Positions 1-17,269 of a DNA stretch of 64,000 nucleotides are shown here, piece by piece. Location: assembly GCF_009914755.1 (NCBI RefSeq), contig NC_060931.1, one strand, 5' to 3'. The first letter of the stretch is position 1. Every line of letters starts with the position of its first letter. Below the pieces are notes generated by a model, which was given only the letters and a program-made list of their open reading frames with translations, made no database searches and was not told the DNA's origin. A program made the translations under genes and the position numbers. The stretch comes from the human T2T-CHM13v2.0 reference genome, Homo sapiens.

Positions 1-276
1 GCACGGCAGGGGAGGCCTCAGGAAACTTAAAATCATGGCAGAAGGCAAAGGGGAAAGCAGGCACATCTTCACACAGCAGGAGGAAGAGAATGAAGGGGGA
101 AGGGAAATGTTACACACTTTTAAACAACCAGATTTCGTGAGAACTTACTCATTATCACGAGAACAGCAAGGGGGACGTCCCCATCACCCAGCCATCTCCC
201 ACCAGGCCCCTCCTCCAACATTGAGGATTATGAATTCAACATGAGATTTGGGTGGGGACAGAGCCAGATTATATCA
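1..276 (-). mobile_element. MaLR LTR (MSTA/MSTB-like), partial
   Basis: ggaggcctcaggaaactta...atcatggcagaaggcaaagg...tgagatttgggtggggaca...atatca terminus. Confidence 0.85.
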
Positions 277-556
277 GACTCTTTCTGACAGTTCTGCCCC
301 TTAGAGGAGTTTTCACAGTGAGTGGTCCACCAGGACTTTTGGGAGAGCCAGGTATTTGTTGTGGATGCTGTGTAGAAGCAAACACCTTAGGCAAATGAGA
401 AAGCTTTTGCTCTCTGAGTAGCTGTATGCTTTTGTCAAAACAGAGGTTAATAAAAGTGACAAGAATGTGTAACACACTTCATGTTAATAGGCCTGGTGGT
501 GATGAGACAAGAAAAAAGCCATTTCTTGATAGGAAGGTACTGATATATTTTAATAT

Positions 557-966
557 GTGTCAGTTCTCTTTTGCTGCAACCACCCACCTCAAACTAACTA
601 ACAATAATTTATTTAGCTCATAATTCTTCAAATCAGCCTGGAAGTCTTTTGGTCTTGGGTGACTTTGCTGGTTGATGATGGGCTGGGCTGGGGCCCAGGG
701 GCCTCTACTCACATGGCCTCTCATCCCCCAGCAGCTATGCTGCACTTTATCACAGGGTGGCAGGGTTTCAAAGAGCAGCGAGGGGGGCAAGCCCCATTGC
801 ACGAGCATCTTTCAAGCCTTTGCTTGTATCACATTTGCTCACTTCCCATGGACCAAAGCTAGTCACACGGTGGAGCTTCAAGTCAATGAGAAGGCACTCA
901 GATCTACAGGGCAGGGGCACTTGGGTACTGGGACAGGAGGAGTCGATGGCCACATTTACAGTCTAC
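557..966 (-). mobile_element. Old MaLR LTR (MLT1-family)
   Basis: aacaataatttatttagctca...gcatctttcaagcctttgcttgtatcacatttgct...gaccaaagctagtcaca, typical of MLT1. Confidence 0.6.
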
Positions 967-1505
967 ATACAGCACAACAGACCACACTTGTCAAGGAGTA
1001 TAACCTTGAACCTACTGGGGCTCAGTATTCTTCAGAAACTCAGTTGATGATTATAATTATGTGAATAGCCCAGATGATATGCAATCCATTTTCTCCTTAA
1101 GCCCAGAGGTCTCAAGCCCTGCGTTGATAAGAAGTAGGTTTTGCTTTTCCTACAGCCTGTTTATCACTTTTTTTTGGAGCCAACGCTGAAAAACCAAGAG
1201 GTTTTACATAAAATCTGGACTTTTGACTTTGAAAAGATGATCTGGCAAAAGTTGTCAAGAGCCAAGGAGTACTTATCTTTTCCAGGAAGCCCTGTGGTTT
1301 TCAGTTTCCCACACTCCTCCCGTCTTGCTGTTTCTTCAGCCCTGAGGCTGAGTGTCATCTGCCACTTGTCAGAGGTATTGCACGGTTGATTTTCTTATAG
1401 CAGAGAAATTCCTGTCACCATTCCTAAAAAAGTGAAATAATGAAAGGTAAACTGAGAGGCCACATAGTCCCAGAAAAATGGAAGAAATCATATCACTTTG
1501 AGTAA

Positions 1506-2011
<506 letters not shown>

Positions 2012-2909
2012 TGAGTTTAGAACTTTGTTCCAGAACACTGTACCATCTGTGCATTCAGCTTTGCAGTCCTAGAGAGGTGCATCATAGCTGATGTTATTGC
2101 TGCGATGGAAGACTCCATAGAGTCATTTCTTATATATAGCTCCACGCTGTAATGCTGACGACACCTTGTAAAAGCAGATCTCTGTATGGCATCGTGTTGT
2201 AAGGCAAGGAAGTTGTTGAGGAGGATGTTTCCCAACACTGAATAGCTTCTTCCCTCTGAGGAACCTCAGAGAACTGGTTTGTTCTTATCTTGTGGACATT
2301 TGAATCCTGTAACAGCATCTCCCACTTCATGAGTGTGCCAGAGTTCAGAGTCAAATTTGTAGTCATTTGTAGACTCACAAACTCTTATTTTCATATTTAG
2401 TCCACGTTAACTGTTATGTATCATAATCATCTATTTTACATTATTTTAAAATTTACATTTAGAATCTCATAGCTCTTTTTTGGTGAGTACTGTAAATCTA
2501 AAGCTTTTTGGCTGCTAGCAGGTTTATCATAAGAAGACAGAGCTGTGTTCAGCATTTCACTATGACATGATTAACTTCTCAGACTCACCTCCTGCTCCCA
2601 AATTTCATCCCTGTGTACGTTTACTTTCGAACACCTTTTCATTGAAACTATGTAGGAACTTTATTCTCTTTCCTCTGCTACTTCTGTATTTCTGTTTTGT
2701 TTGCTTTGTGTTTTGTTTTCTTTAGTTTTTGCTGAGACATTCACCCCATCTTTTAGAGAACCTCTATAAACTGGATGTCTCTTTACGTATTAGGTGCATA
2801 GTATATGTTTGAAGAGATGAGTGAAGTTTAATAAACATGCAGTTTTCTTGTATGTGTTAGCTCAGAATGGTTCCAGAAAACAGCTACAATGAAATGAAGA
2901 TTGAATATT

Positions 2910-3022
2910 GCCTGATTCTTTTAATAGAAGTTTCTTGCAATAGAAGTAAATACTGCCGCCTGAGTCTTTCAATAGAAGTTTCAGTAGAAGTAAATACGGC
3001 CTGATACTTTCAATAGAAGTTC
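2910..3022. repeat. Degenerate tandem repeat, ~41-48 bp unit x2.5
   Basis: gcctga.tcttt.aatagaagtt recurs three times, with internal tagaagtaaatac. Confidence 0.8.
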
Positions 3023-3169
3023 CCCGACCCCCAGCCTATCTTGTTTGCACTAAACATATGAAGTTTAAAATCTAATTTTCTCTCCTGTCTTTGAGTTCAT
3101 GGAATATTTTTCTGAAACATGCATGTCTGGATGGGCTAAAGAGAGAGAGAGAAAGTGCAGAGAGGTGGC

Positions 3170-3340
3170 AAAAAGCTTGGGCTGTGGGCTAGGTTTGAAT
3201 CTTGACTGGATCTCCTGGTGTCTTTCTGATGTTGGAGGATAACTTTTCAGTGCCCGCTTTCCTCATTTGTAAAATGATAATAATAATAATGACTGCCTTA
3301 TGGTGGCATTGCGAGTATGTGAGATAAGACATGAAACATG
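3170..3340 (+). mobile_element. MIR
   Basis: ggtttgaatctt...tttcctcatttgtaaaatg core. Confidence 0.7.
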
Positions 3341-3414
3341 GAAGTTTCACCTTTGGCAAGGCAGGCTAAGTAATGTTGGTCAAAATATACTTTAAGGCAA
3401 AACCTGTTACTTGA

Positions 3415-3872
<458 letters not shown>

Positions 3873-4132
3873 CAAGATGGACATTTCTTAATAATAAAAC
3901 GTTAAGCCCACCAGAAACATAAAATCATATAACAACTCAAAATTTTTAACACTGAATAATATAGTCTCAAGATTGACAGACTACAAAGGGCGAGGAACAG
4001 TAGTAGATTTTTAACTGATTTCTCTCAAACTGATAAAATTAGTAGGAGTATTAAAGATTTGAACAATGGAATTAACAAATTTAACCTATATCACAGAAAT
4101 AGAGCATTCCAACCAGTAACTTTGGAATACAG

Positions 4133-4556
<424 letters not shown>

Positions 4557-4688
4557 TGAACACAATAGAATTAAACTAGAAACCAATACCAAGAGATAAT
4601 TAGAATATTCTGGAATTTAAGCAACACACTTCTTATTTACTTGTGGGTCAAAAAGAAGTTACAGTGAAAATAGAAAATATACTGATGA

Positions 4689-5077
<389 letters not shown>

Positions 5078-5255
5078 TTAAAAATCTTGTTTCTCTGTGA
5101 AAACAATGAGAATACTGGCAAAAATGATCACAAGCGACTGTTTTTTACCTGTGGAAATTAACCAAAGGCATGCAACAATGTGAGGAGCATATATTCACGA
5201 AAAAATGGTTGCATCTCAGTAAGAAAAAAGAGCTTTGTGATGTTAACTTGTTCTA

Positions 5256-5672
<417 letters not shown>

Positions 5673-6418
5673 TCAAAGTCTCATTCCTGGGAAATTGTCA
5701 TTATATATGACTTGTATGGCAAACCTGGAAACTTTCTCTCACAGGGGTTGTCTTTATTTGAAGTGACTCAAGTTTGTCTGGTGCAAAAAGCCTTTGGATG
5801 TTTCTCCTAAACAATTATAGACGATTGTTTAGCTTCACAAAGCCGCCTCATGTGGCATTAACAGCTAGGGCAGACAAGAAGCTCACCAATAAATGGAAAA
5901 GGAAAAGCTGGGCCATGAGATGTCATAGGGGACTTTGAAAAGCTCCATCGTATTCCTGGGAATCTCCAACCCCACTCACACGATCAGGGCTGTGGGCATG
6001 CCAGAGAAGACTTGAGAAGGCCCTGTGCTTTTGGTTCTTACTGAGTAAGCAGGCAGCGAAAACCAAGGCAGAGTTGCAAACTGCCTGCCTGGGTGATGAA
6101 GGCATCCCCTAACAAAAACACAGAGCCCCTCGACAAAGGCTGGGAGGCTTACCAGTTGGAAGCATTTAAGGATATCTCTGTCCATTAATGAGCTGACCAC
6201 TAAGCTAACCAAACAGAGACTTCAGTGGCCAAACACAACAATGAATATCGAATTTACCAAATTATTTCAGCAAAAATAAGCACAACAAACAGCAAAAAAG
6301 AAAACCAAGAAACGAACAAAACAATATTCCCAAAACCAAAGTAACCAACCAAACCAAACAAACCTGGGTTGAGAGGTATCTGATTTCCAGAGTTGCCACT
6401 AATGATATTTAAAATAAT

Positions 6419-6717
6419 AGCCAGGCGTGGTGGCTCATGTCTGTCATTGCTTGAACTTCGGGAGGCTGGGACGGGAGGATTGTTTGAGGCCAGGAGTTTG
6501 AGACTGGCCTGGGCAACATAGTGAGACCCTGTCTCTACAAAAAATTAAAACATTAGCCAAGTGTTTTGGTGCATGCCTGTAGTCCCAGCTACTGAGGATG
6601 CTGAGTTGGGAGGGTTGCTTGAGCTCAGGAGTTCAAGATTGCAGTGAGCCATGATCATGCCACTGCACTCCAGCCTGGGGGACAGAGTGAGACCTTGTCG
6701 CAAAAAATAAATAAAAA
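6419..6717 (+). mobile_element. AluJ
   Basis: Diverged dimer, gggcaacatagtgagaccct. Confidence 0.9.
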
Positions 6718-6736
6718 GAAAATGTCTAGTGTTTAA

Positions 6737-7197
<461 letters not shown>

Positions 7198-7516
7198 AGA
7201 AAAGCATTTTCAAAGAAACAAAAGTATGAAAATGATGACTCATCAAATAGACTATCACTAAAGTCTCTCAGAGACCCATGGGGCACCTTCAGGCATGCCA
7301 ACATATTTATAAAGGGAATTCCAGAAGGACAGGAGAGAGAGAAATGAGAAGAAAGAATATTTGAACAAATAATGATCAAGAACTTCACAAACTAGAATTT
7401 GGGAAATTCACAAATATGTGGAAATTAAACAACACACTTGTTAAATAACCAGAATATCAAAGAGAAATCACAAAGTACATTCTTTCTCTGTAGTTGTTAG
7501 AAAATCAAAGAAAGAT

Positions 7517-8476
<960 letters not shown>

Positions 8477-9239
8477 TGATAAGTGGGAGGCACAGGGGAG
8501 CCAGATGCAGAACGGTGCGCTGTGCTGGCTTTTTAATCCATCCATCACACTGGAGCCACGTGACTTTCATCAGCACTGATCTGACTGTGTCACTGGCTAC
8601 ATAAAACTTCAGTAAGCCAAACCTAACCCTGGCAGGACATGAGACCTGGCTGCAGGCATCCCCGAATTCCATTTGCCATGTTAGAACCATGGGGGATAGT
8701 TTGTGATTCCTTTATCCTGCTGCATCTCACAGCTGCAGGCCTTTGCATTTCTTCTTTGGACATCCGTGGAAATGATCTCATTCTCTTCCTGATGAACTCT
8801 GTGTCCTTCAGAGATCAGCTTTGACTTTGACCTTGTTACGTCTTTTGTATGATTTTGCCAAGCAAAATCAACTCACTCCTCCATTTATACCCATTACATT
8901 TTCCCCACCTTAGTCATGGCGCTGCGTGGTGGGACTCTCATCCATCTTCTGTTCCCTCCAGAATGTAAATATTAAGGGCTGAGCCTCTTGGCCTCAGTGT
9001 GCAGTTCATAGTAATCCCTGAATAAATGTTGAATGAAGTGCATAAGCCCCTGAAAAGAATTAAGTTCAGAATTTCTTCCTGAGGACTTGTTGTTTTGGCT
9101 TCTCTTAGGACTTTGCAGTCAGAATCTGCATTTCACAGATCATCCGTATTCTCTTGGATTTTTCATTTATGGAATACCGTTTGTTACATGTAACCGCTGT
9201 GACTTGAACACTGAGCCACACTGTGGATTTTGCCATCAT

Positions 9240-9810
<571 letters not shown>

Positions 9811-10018
9811 AATAATTCTCTCCTTCTCTTTCACCCTCCTCCCCTCTTCCTCCTGAGCTATTTGGCTTGATCTGACAGCCTCAGATTGTCTTAGAGATTT
9901 AGGTTTTAATATCATTGCTTGTTTGGGTCACTCTGCTTATTTTTTTTATCCCAAGGAGGAGCTTCAAAGTCACTGTTTACTTGAATTTCTTACAAACATA
10001 AATCTCTCTCCTTTTTTT

Positions 10019-10094
10019 TCCTGCAGATATGTCAGGCCTCATTCTACCTTCTGAGCCTTGGAAGGTAGAAAGAGGCCTGATAATCTCTACAGAA
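10019..10094 (-). ncRNA. MIR4650-1: pre-miRNA hairpin MIR4650 (MIR4650-1 if host is TYW1), antisense to host intron
   Basis: 76-nt hairpin; 10032-10051 pairs with 10061-10080 at 19/20. The reverse complement contains UCAGGCCUCUUUCUACCUU (10062-10080) and AGGUAGAAUGAGGCCUGACAU (10029-10049), matching recalled miR-4650-5p/3p. Confidence 0.88.
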
Positions 10095-10617
10095 AGGCAA
10101 CATGGGAGAGGGATTTTTATGTTCATCAGCACATTTTTATATATGATAATTCTTCACTCAGAGATTTAAAATTAAGATGAAGGGTCCTTACAGTACTCAG
10201 ATCAAGAATCCTGGGGCATTTGTACAGAGGATTGGGCTTAAGGTTGTCTATCTTAAATATTGTCTGTTTTTGGGAGAGCAGAGGATATCCTTTTTAATTA
10301 CTCCCAGCAGTGCTGTTGAGATTCTCAGATACAGGAATTATTATGATGATTTTGATGATGTAAGACTCTTTTGCTTTTTGGGAACATTTGTTATCTCTGT
10401 ATAGAATAGAGACAGATAACTGACTCTACTGGGAGCCTCATTATCTCTTCTGGGTGAATAGAGACCAGTGTGAGGCAGAAATAAGATCCCTAAAGCTCAG
10501 AAAATATCTCCAAAAGTCTCTTTGCTAATTTTGAGCCCCTTAGAAATGAGCTCTGTAATTCCTGGGGACCTTTTCCTCTTCTCCATTCTTCCTCTGCTCC
10601 TTGACAAGAGATCTGTA

Positions 10618-10727
10618 GACTTCCTTGAGTGCAGCATCTCAGACATCTGGTATTGACTAGAATTCCTTATTGGACTTCCTTGAGTGTAGCATCTCAGACA
10701 TCTAGTATTGGCTAGAATTCCTTATTG
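10618..10727. repeat. 55-bp tandem duplication (2 copies)
   Basis: gacttccttgagtg(c/t)agcatctcagacatct(g/a)gtattg(a/g)ctagaattccttattg at 10618-10672 and 10673-10727, 3 mismatches. Confidence 0.95.
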
Positions 10728-11724
10728 GTAGTGTCAGTGTCCAGGGCTTCCTATTTTGTAAATGATAGAGGTTTGTAAAAGGAGTATGGCCTTTGGAATG
10801 TGCTGTTCATAATCTTAAGTAGTTATGGAAGCATACTGAAAAGGTCAGGGCAGTTCTCATTTTGCATCAGGAAGCTTTTGACAAAGTCCTGTTAGTTATC
10901 AGATGATGATAGCCAGCAGTAACCATTAAGACAGTCCTTTTTTTTTTTTTTTTTTTAAATAGAAGTCCAGTTAAGGAAGCATAGCTTGTCTTTTATTAAA
11001 GAGGCACTCAGCAAAGGGGTGATGAGACAGAATGCTGTTATTACTGATGCTTTTGTTTTACATTTTCAGTAATTAACGTGCTTTGCTCAGTAGTGGCACA
11101 TTACCTGAACTTTGAAGGATCCCCTTAGTATATCGGTATTGCAGAGGCATTAAAGCAATGAGAGCCTGCCAGGATCTTAATCACCTCTGTCCTACATTTG
11201 GTCAGAGCCTCTCCACTTTCAACAGAAGTGAACAGAAGTCTAGACACTTGTGATTTTTCTATATATCACTAAGCCACATCATTGCAAGCATCTGTTTGGC
11301 CTATATTCCCTTAAAAATTCTGTCTGCTGAAATCAACAATATCTCCTAAAAAGTAGCTTTAATATCTGCCTGTGTGGCTGGATAAAAAGAAAAACAGGAT
11401 TCTTGCTCTTCAAGATCTTACACTCAAAGATTGATAAGGCTGCTACTGATACATATATAAAGCACATAAACCATTATAAAGTGGTGAATTGTATGGCATG
11501 TGAGTGATATTTTCATTTTTTAAAAATGCATGGACTTTGAAACAAAAAATGCACAAAACTTCTAGGTGGAAATGTGGAATAAATTGTGGAATCCTTATAG
11601 AAAAAGAATATTGGGAGAATTTGATCAGAAGATGATTAAGGGGGAATTTGTTTTTTCTAGTTCTAAATTTACTGAAGAGATTGAATTATGAGACCTATTT
11701 GAAGAGAGAAGGGGAGAGGCTTTA

Positions 11725-12057
<333 letters not shown>

Positions 12058-12100
12058 GTATAGTCTAGGTTTAATGTAGAACTTGCAAGAAATCTAGTAG

Positions 12101-12591
<491 letters not shown>

Positions 12592-13179
12592 TTAGGTCTG
12601 CACTACTTAAAGTTCCCCAAATGGGTCATTGTTTGCCCACCCAAGGCTTGACATGAAACCCAGTCCCACTTATGGAAGCATAGGTGTGACTCTGCGTCCT
12701 TTGAGTAAGGCCTGAGCTTTTGGGATTGTTTCTTGTTCCTTAGAAGACTTCCGTCAGTGATTGATGGAGGGAGGTGGCCCAGCAGCACAGACCCCATGTG
12801 GTTGGCAGAGTGTGTGGGTGGGGAAGTTAGATCAGAGAGCCCCTCTAATTGTGCTGGGCTGATGCTGTCAGACTTGAAGTTAGATCACATTTTGTTTATT
12901 TTCCATTCAAACTTAGTATTTGAAGAAGGACCAATTTTAAGTAATTCAATATTTTCAATGTATTAGGGATGGTTTCCAGTCATTTAAAAAATAACCAGAG
13001 GCCGTCCCATTTTGTCACATGATTAAAATCATTAGTTCAGTCTTTTGGGGGAAGTGGAAGTCTCTAGACCCAGTGAAGTGTTTAATCCCCATGTCTATTA
13101 CAGATTGCAGGTTTTATATCATGGAAAGCCTGATAGAGGAATAATTTTTCTTTCTTCTTTTAAAAAAAATATTACTAAG

Positions 13180-13315
13180 GAACCTCGAGCCGGTTACTCA
13201 GCTGTATGTCAGTGTGGATGCCAGTACCAAAGACAGCCTGAAGAAAATCGACCGCCCACTCTTCAAGGATTTCTGGCAGAGATTCCTTGACAGTTTAAAA
13301 GCCTTGGCAGTCAAG
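13180..13315 (+). CDS. TYW1: Internal coding exon (136 nt, phase 2 -> phase 0) of tRNA wybutosine-synthesizing protein 1, radical SAM domain
   Basis: AG acceptor at 13178-13179 and GTAAG donor at 13316. Frame from 13181 gives NLEPVTQLYVSVDASTKDSLKKIDRPLFKDFWQRFLDSLKALAVK, recognised as TYW1 (QLYVSVDA...IDRPLF motif). Nearby antisense MIR4650 fits the TYW1/TYW1B loci. TYW1 is preferred from + orientation and recalled WQRF residue; TYW1B not excluded. Confidence 0.93.
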
Positions 13316-13615
13316 GTAAGAATTATGACATCTTAAAAATAAATAAACAACCCTCAGGTGTGTACTGAAGTTAAGAAGAAAGAAAGATGGAAGAAAAGAA
13401 CAGAGGTACTTTTTCCTCTTTTCTCTTTAAAATAAAAAAAGATGAAATATAACTTTCAACTTTTTAGAGACTTCCTTCTTCAAGGAATTTTGAACATTTA
13501 CTATTTGTTAAATAATTATTGAGTTCCTCTTAAGTTTGTAGCACAATGCTTTGTATGTATCATTTGCCTTTTATTCATTTAAGGAGAGAGGTATATATAC
13601 TCCCAAAGTTAATAA

Positions 13616-14280
<665 letters not shown>

Positions 14281-14309
14281 ACGTAACCACCTTAAAAGAG
14301 GCGTCTGCA

Positions 14310-14653
<344 letters not shown>

Positions 14654-15490
14654 CTAGAACCACATTTCCTAAGCCATCAATAGCCTCAGAATGTTCACAC
14701 TGAATGTCATTTTCTGCAAACATTTGGCCTTTCTTGTGTGTTTTCATATGGCATACTTACCTTCCTTTTCTTTTTCACCTAAAGTAACCATCTGGTTCTG
14801 CTTTTCCATTAATCCTCCTTCCTTCCTTCCTTCCTTGCTTCCTTTCTGTCACTTTTCTAAGCGTTCTTTATGCCTTCTTGACATTTGACTGATAATGACA
14901 ATCACCCCAGGAGCTTAAAAAAATGACAGTTTCCTGGTCCTCATGGCATCTGAGATCTGCTTGTTAGACATCCCAGGCGTCATTTGGTATGCAGCCAGAT
15001 ATGGGAGTCACTGTCCCAGAAAACTTGCCTTTCTCTCCTGTGCCCAGCGCTTACTTTGACATTCCTAACCCATCACTGTCTGGCCTCGATGTACATTTCC
15101 TGGCTCATTTTTCACCGTATTCCCCAGGAGGGCCATGCTTCCCTGCTTACGTTACCATTTCTGCACATGTACCCACCACCTTCTCCCTTCTGAGTCTTCG
15201 GTTACTGTCTCCCCAGATTTTGGAAGGAATGTTCTTTCTTTCCATTCTTTGACTTGTAGAAATTCTGTGCACCTCCTAGACCCAGTTTTGTGATTACTAT
15301 ACTGCAAAGTCTTTTCTGATTACAATTAGCTGCCCCTTTTTCCCTTCCTAAGTTTTATATCTATTAAAAAACACTGTTTTTCTTCTGTTTTGTCTTAGCT
15401 GCTCTCTCCTGAGCTGGATTCCTTCCTTATGTCTGAATTCTGCACAATGTCTAGCATAGTACACTTTAAGGTATTTGATAAATGCTTCCA

Positions 15491-15756
15491 TTTTTTTCTT
15501 GGAGACTGGGTCTTGCTCTGTCACCAAAGCTAGAACACAGTGGCACCATCATAGCTCACTGGAGCCTCCAACTCCTGGGCCCAAACGGTCCTCCTTCCTC
15601 AGCCTTCCAAGTACTGGGACCACAGGCACATACTGCCATGCCTAGTTAATTTTTTGATTTTTTTTTTTGTAGAGACAATCTCAAACTCCTGGCCTCAGGC
15701 AATCTTCCTGCCTTGGAAGTGTTGGGATTATAGGCATGAGCCACTGCTCCAGGCCT
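15491..15756 (-). mobile_element. AluJ (degenerate)
   Basis: TSD tgataaatg. Confidence 0.88.
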
Positions 15757-15766
15757 GATAAATGTT

Positions 15767-16077
15767 TCTTTTTTTCTTCTTTTTTTTCTTTTTTTGAGAT
15801 GGAGTCTCTTTCTGTTGCCTAGGCTGGTTTGCGGTGGTGTGATCTTGGCTCACTGCAACGTCTGCCTCCTGGGTTCAAGTGATTCTCATGCCTCAGCCTC
15901 CCCAGTAGCTAGGATTACAGGTGTGTACCACCATGCCCGGCTAATTTTTGTATTTTTAGTAGAGATGGGGTTTCACCATGTTGGCCAGGCTGGTCTCAAA
16001 ACTCCTGACCTCAAGTGATCCGCCTGCCTCAACCTCCGAAAGTGCTGGGATTACAGGTGTGAGCCACTGCACCCAGT
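15767..16077 (-). mobile_element. AluS
   Basis: Full dimer. Confidence 0.95.
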
Positions 16078-16873
16078 CTGTTTCTTAAAAGAATGAATGG
16101 GTGGAAACTCAACAGAGATTTGTAAAGTACCATATGTGTTTTACCAGTTGTCCAGCTGATTAAATCTTTGTGGGTTTCTTTTGCTGTTTTATGCCCGAAG
16201 TTAAATCCATGCTTTCTTTGGTTATTAATACTGATGTTATTTAAGAAATGCAAAAAGGCCTTACTTTAGTTTCTAAGCGGTCTTGGATTTACATAGCATA
16301 AAAATTAGAATGGATTTAAATGGGAGTTAAACAGCAGGAGCTGGCAAAGTCAGGCCCATCTGACATTGTTATCTAGGCTGTGTTCTTTGAGTATGGAAGA
16401 TGACAAGGAAACATTAACACAATAGCTTAATAGTTTACTTCCTGTCTTTGGTCAAAATGTTCCAAAAACTGAATTCTTACCTCAAAGTCACTAGCCTTTG
16501 GGTGATGAATTCAATTGTAATTACTTTGGGTTTGCTCATGACAGTAATGCAGTAACTTAAAGTTAGAAAATAATTTCAACCCAGGAGCATCTTAAATAGA
16601 AGTCATTATTGTCTCTATGTAATTCTTGTTGGAATGTTTCTTTGGGCAATTTAAACTGCCCACACATTAGGGCAATGACTTTCTGAGCATTTTGTAGCAA
16701 TTAAGAGTTGTTGTTTCTTGTTCTTGGCATTGTTTTTGTTGCCTTGTGAGAGAAGATCTGTGGCAGGATGCTGCTCTTAAAAATTTTCCTTTAAATTGAC
16801 TCAAGCTGTTATTTCCTTCTGAATGTCTGATCTTATAAGACATAGTAGATGCTATTAAGAAAGATTTGTTTTA

Positions 16874-17269
<396 letters not shown>

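Noticed and set aside
672-1064. 130-aa ORF
   Set aside because: Lies largely in an MLT1 LTR; no recognisable protein
2910-3022. Repeat-spacer-like pattern (CRISPR-like)
   Set aside because: Eukaryotic context, spacers not unique, no cas genes; ordinary degenerate tandem repeat
13045-13290. 81-aa ORF from the supplied track overlapping the exon
   Set aside because: Wrong frame; the TYW1 frame starts at 13181 and is bounded by splice sites
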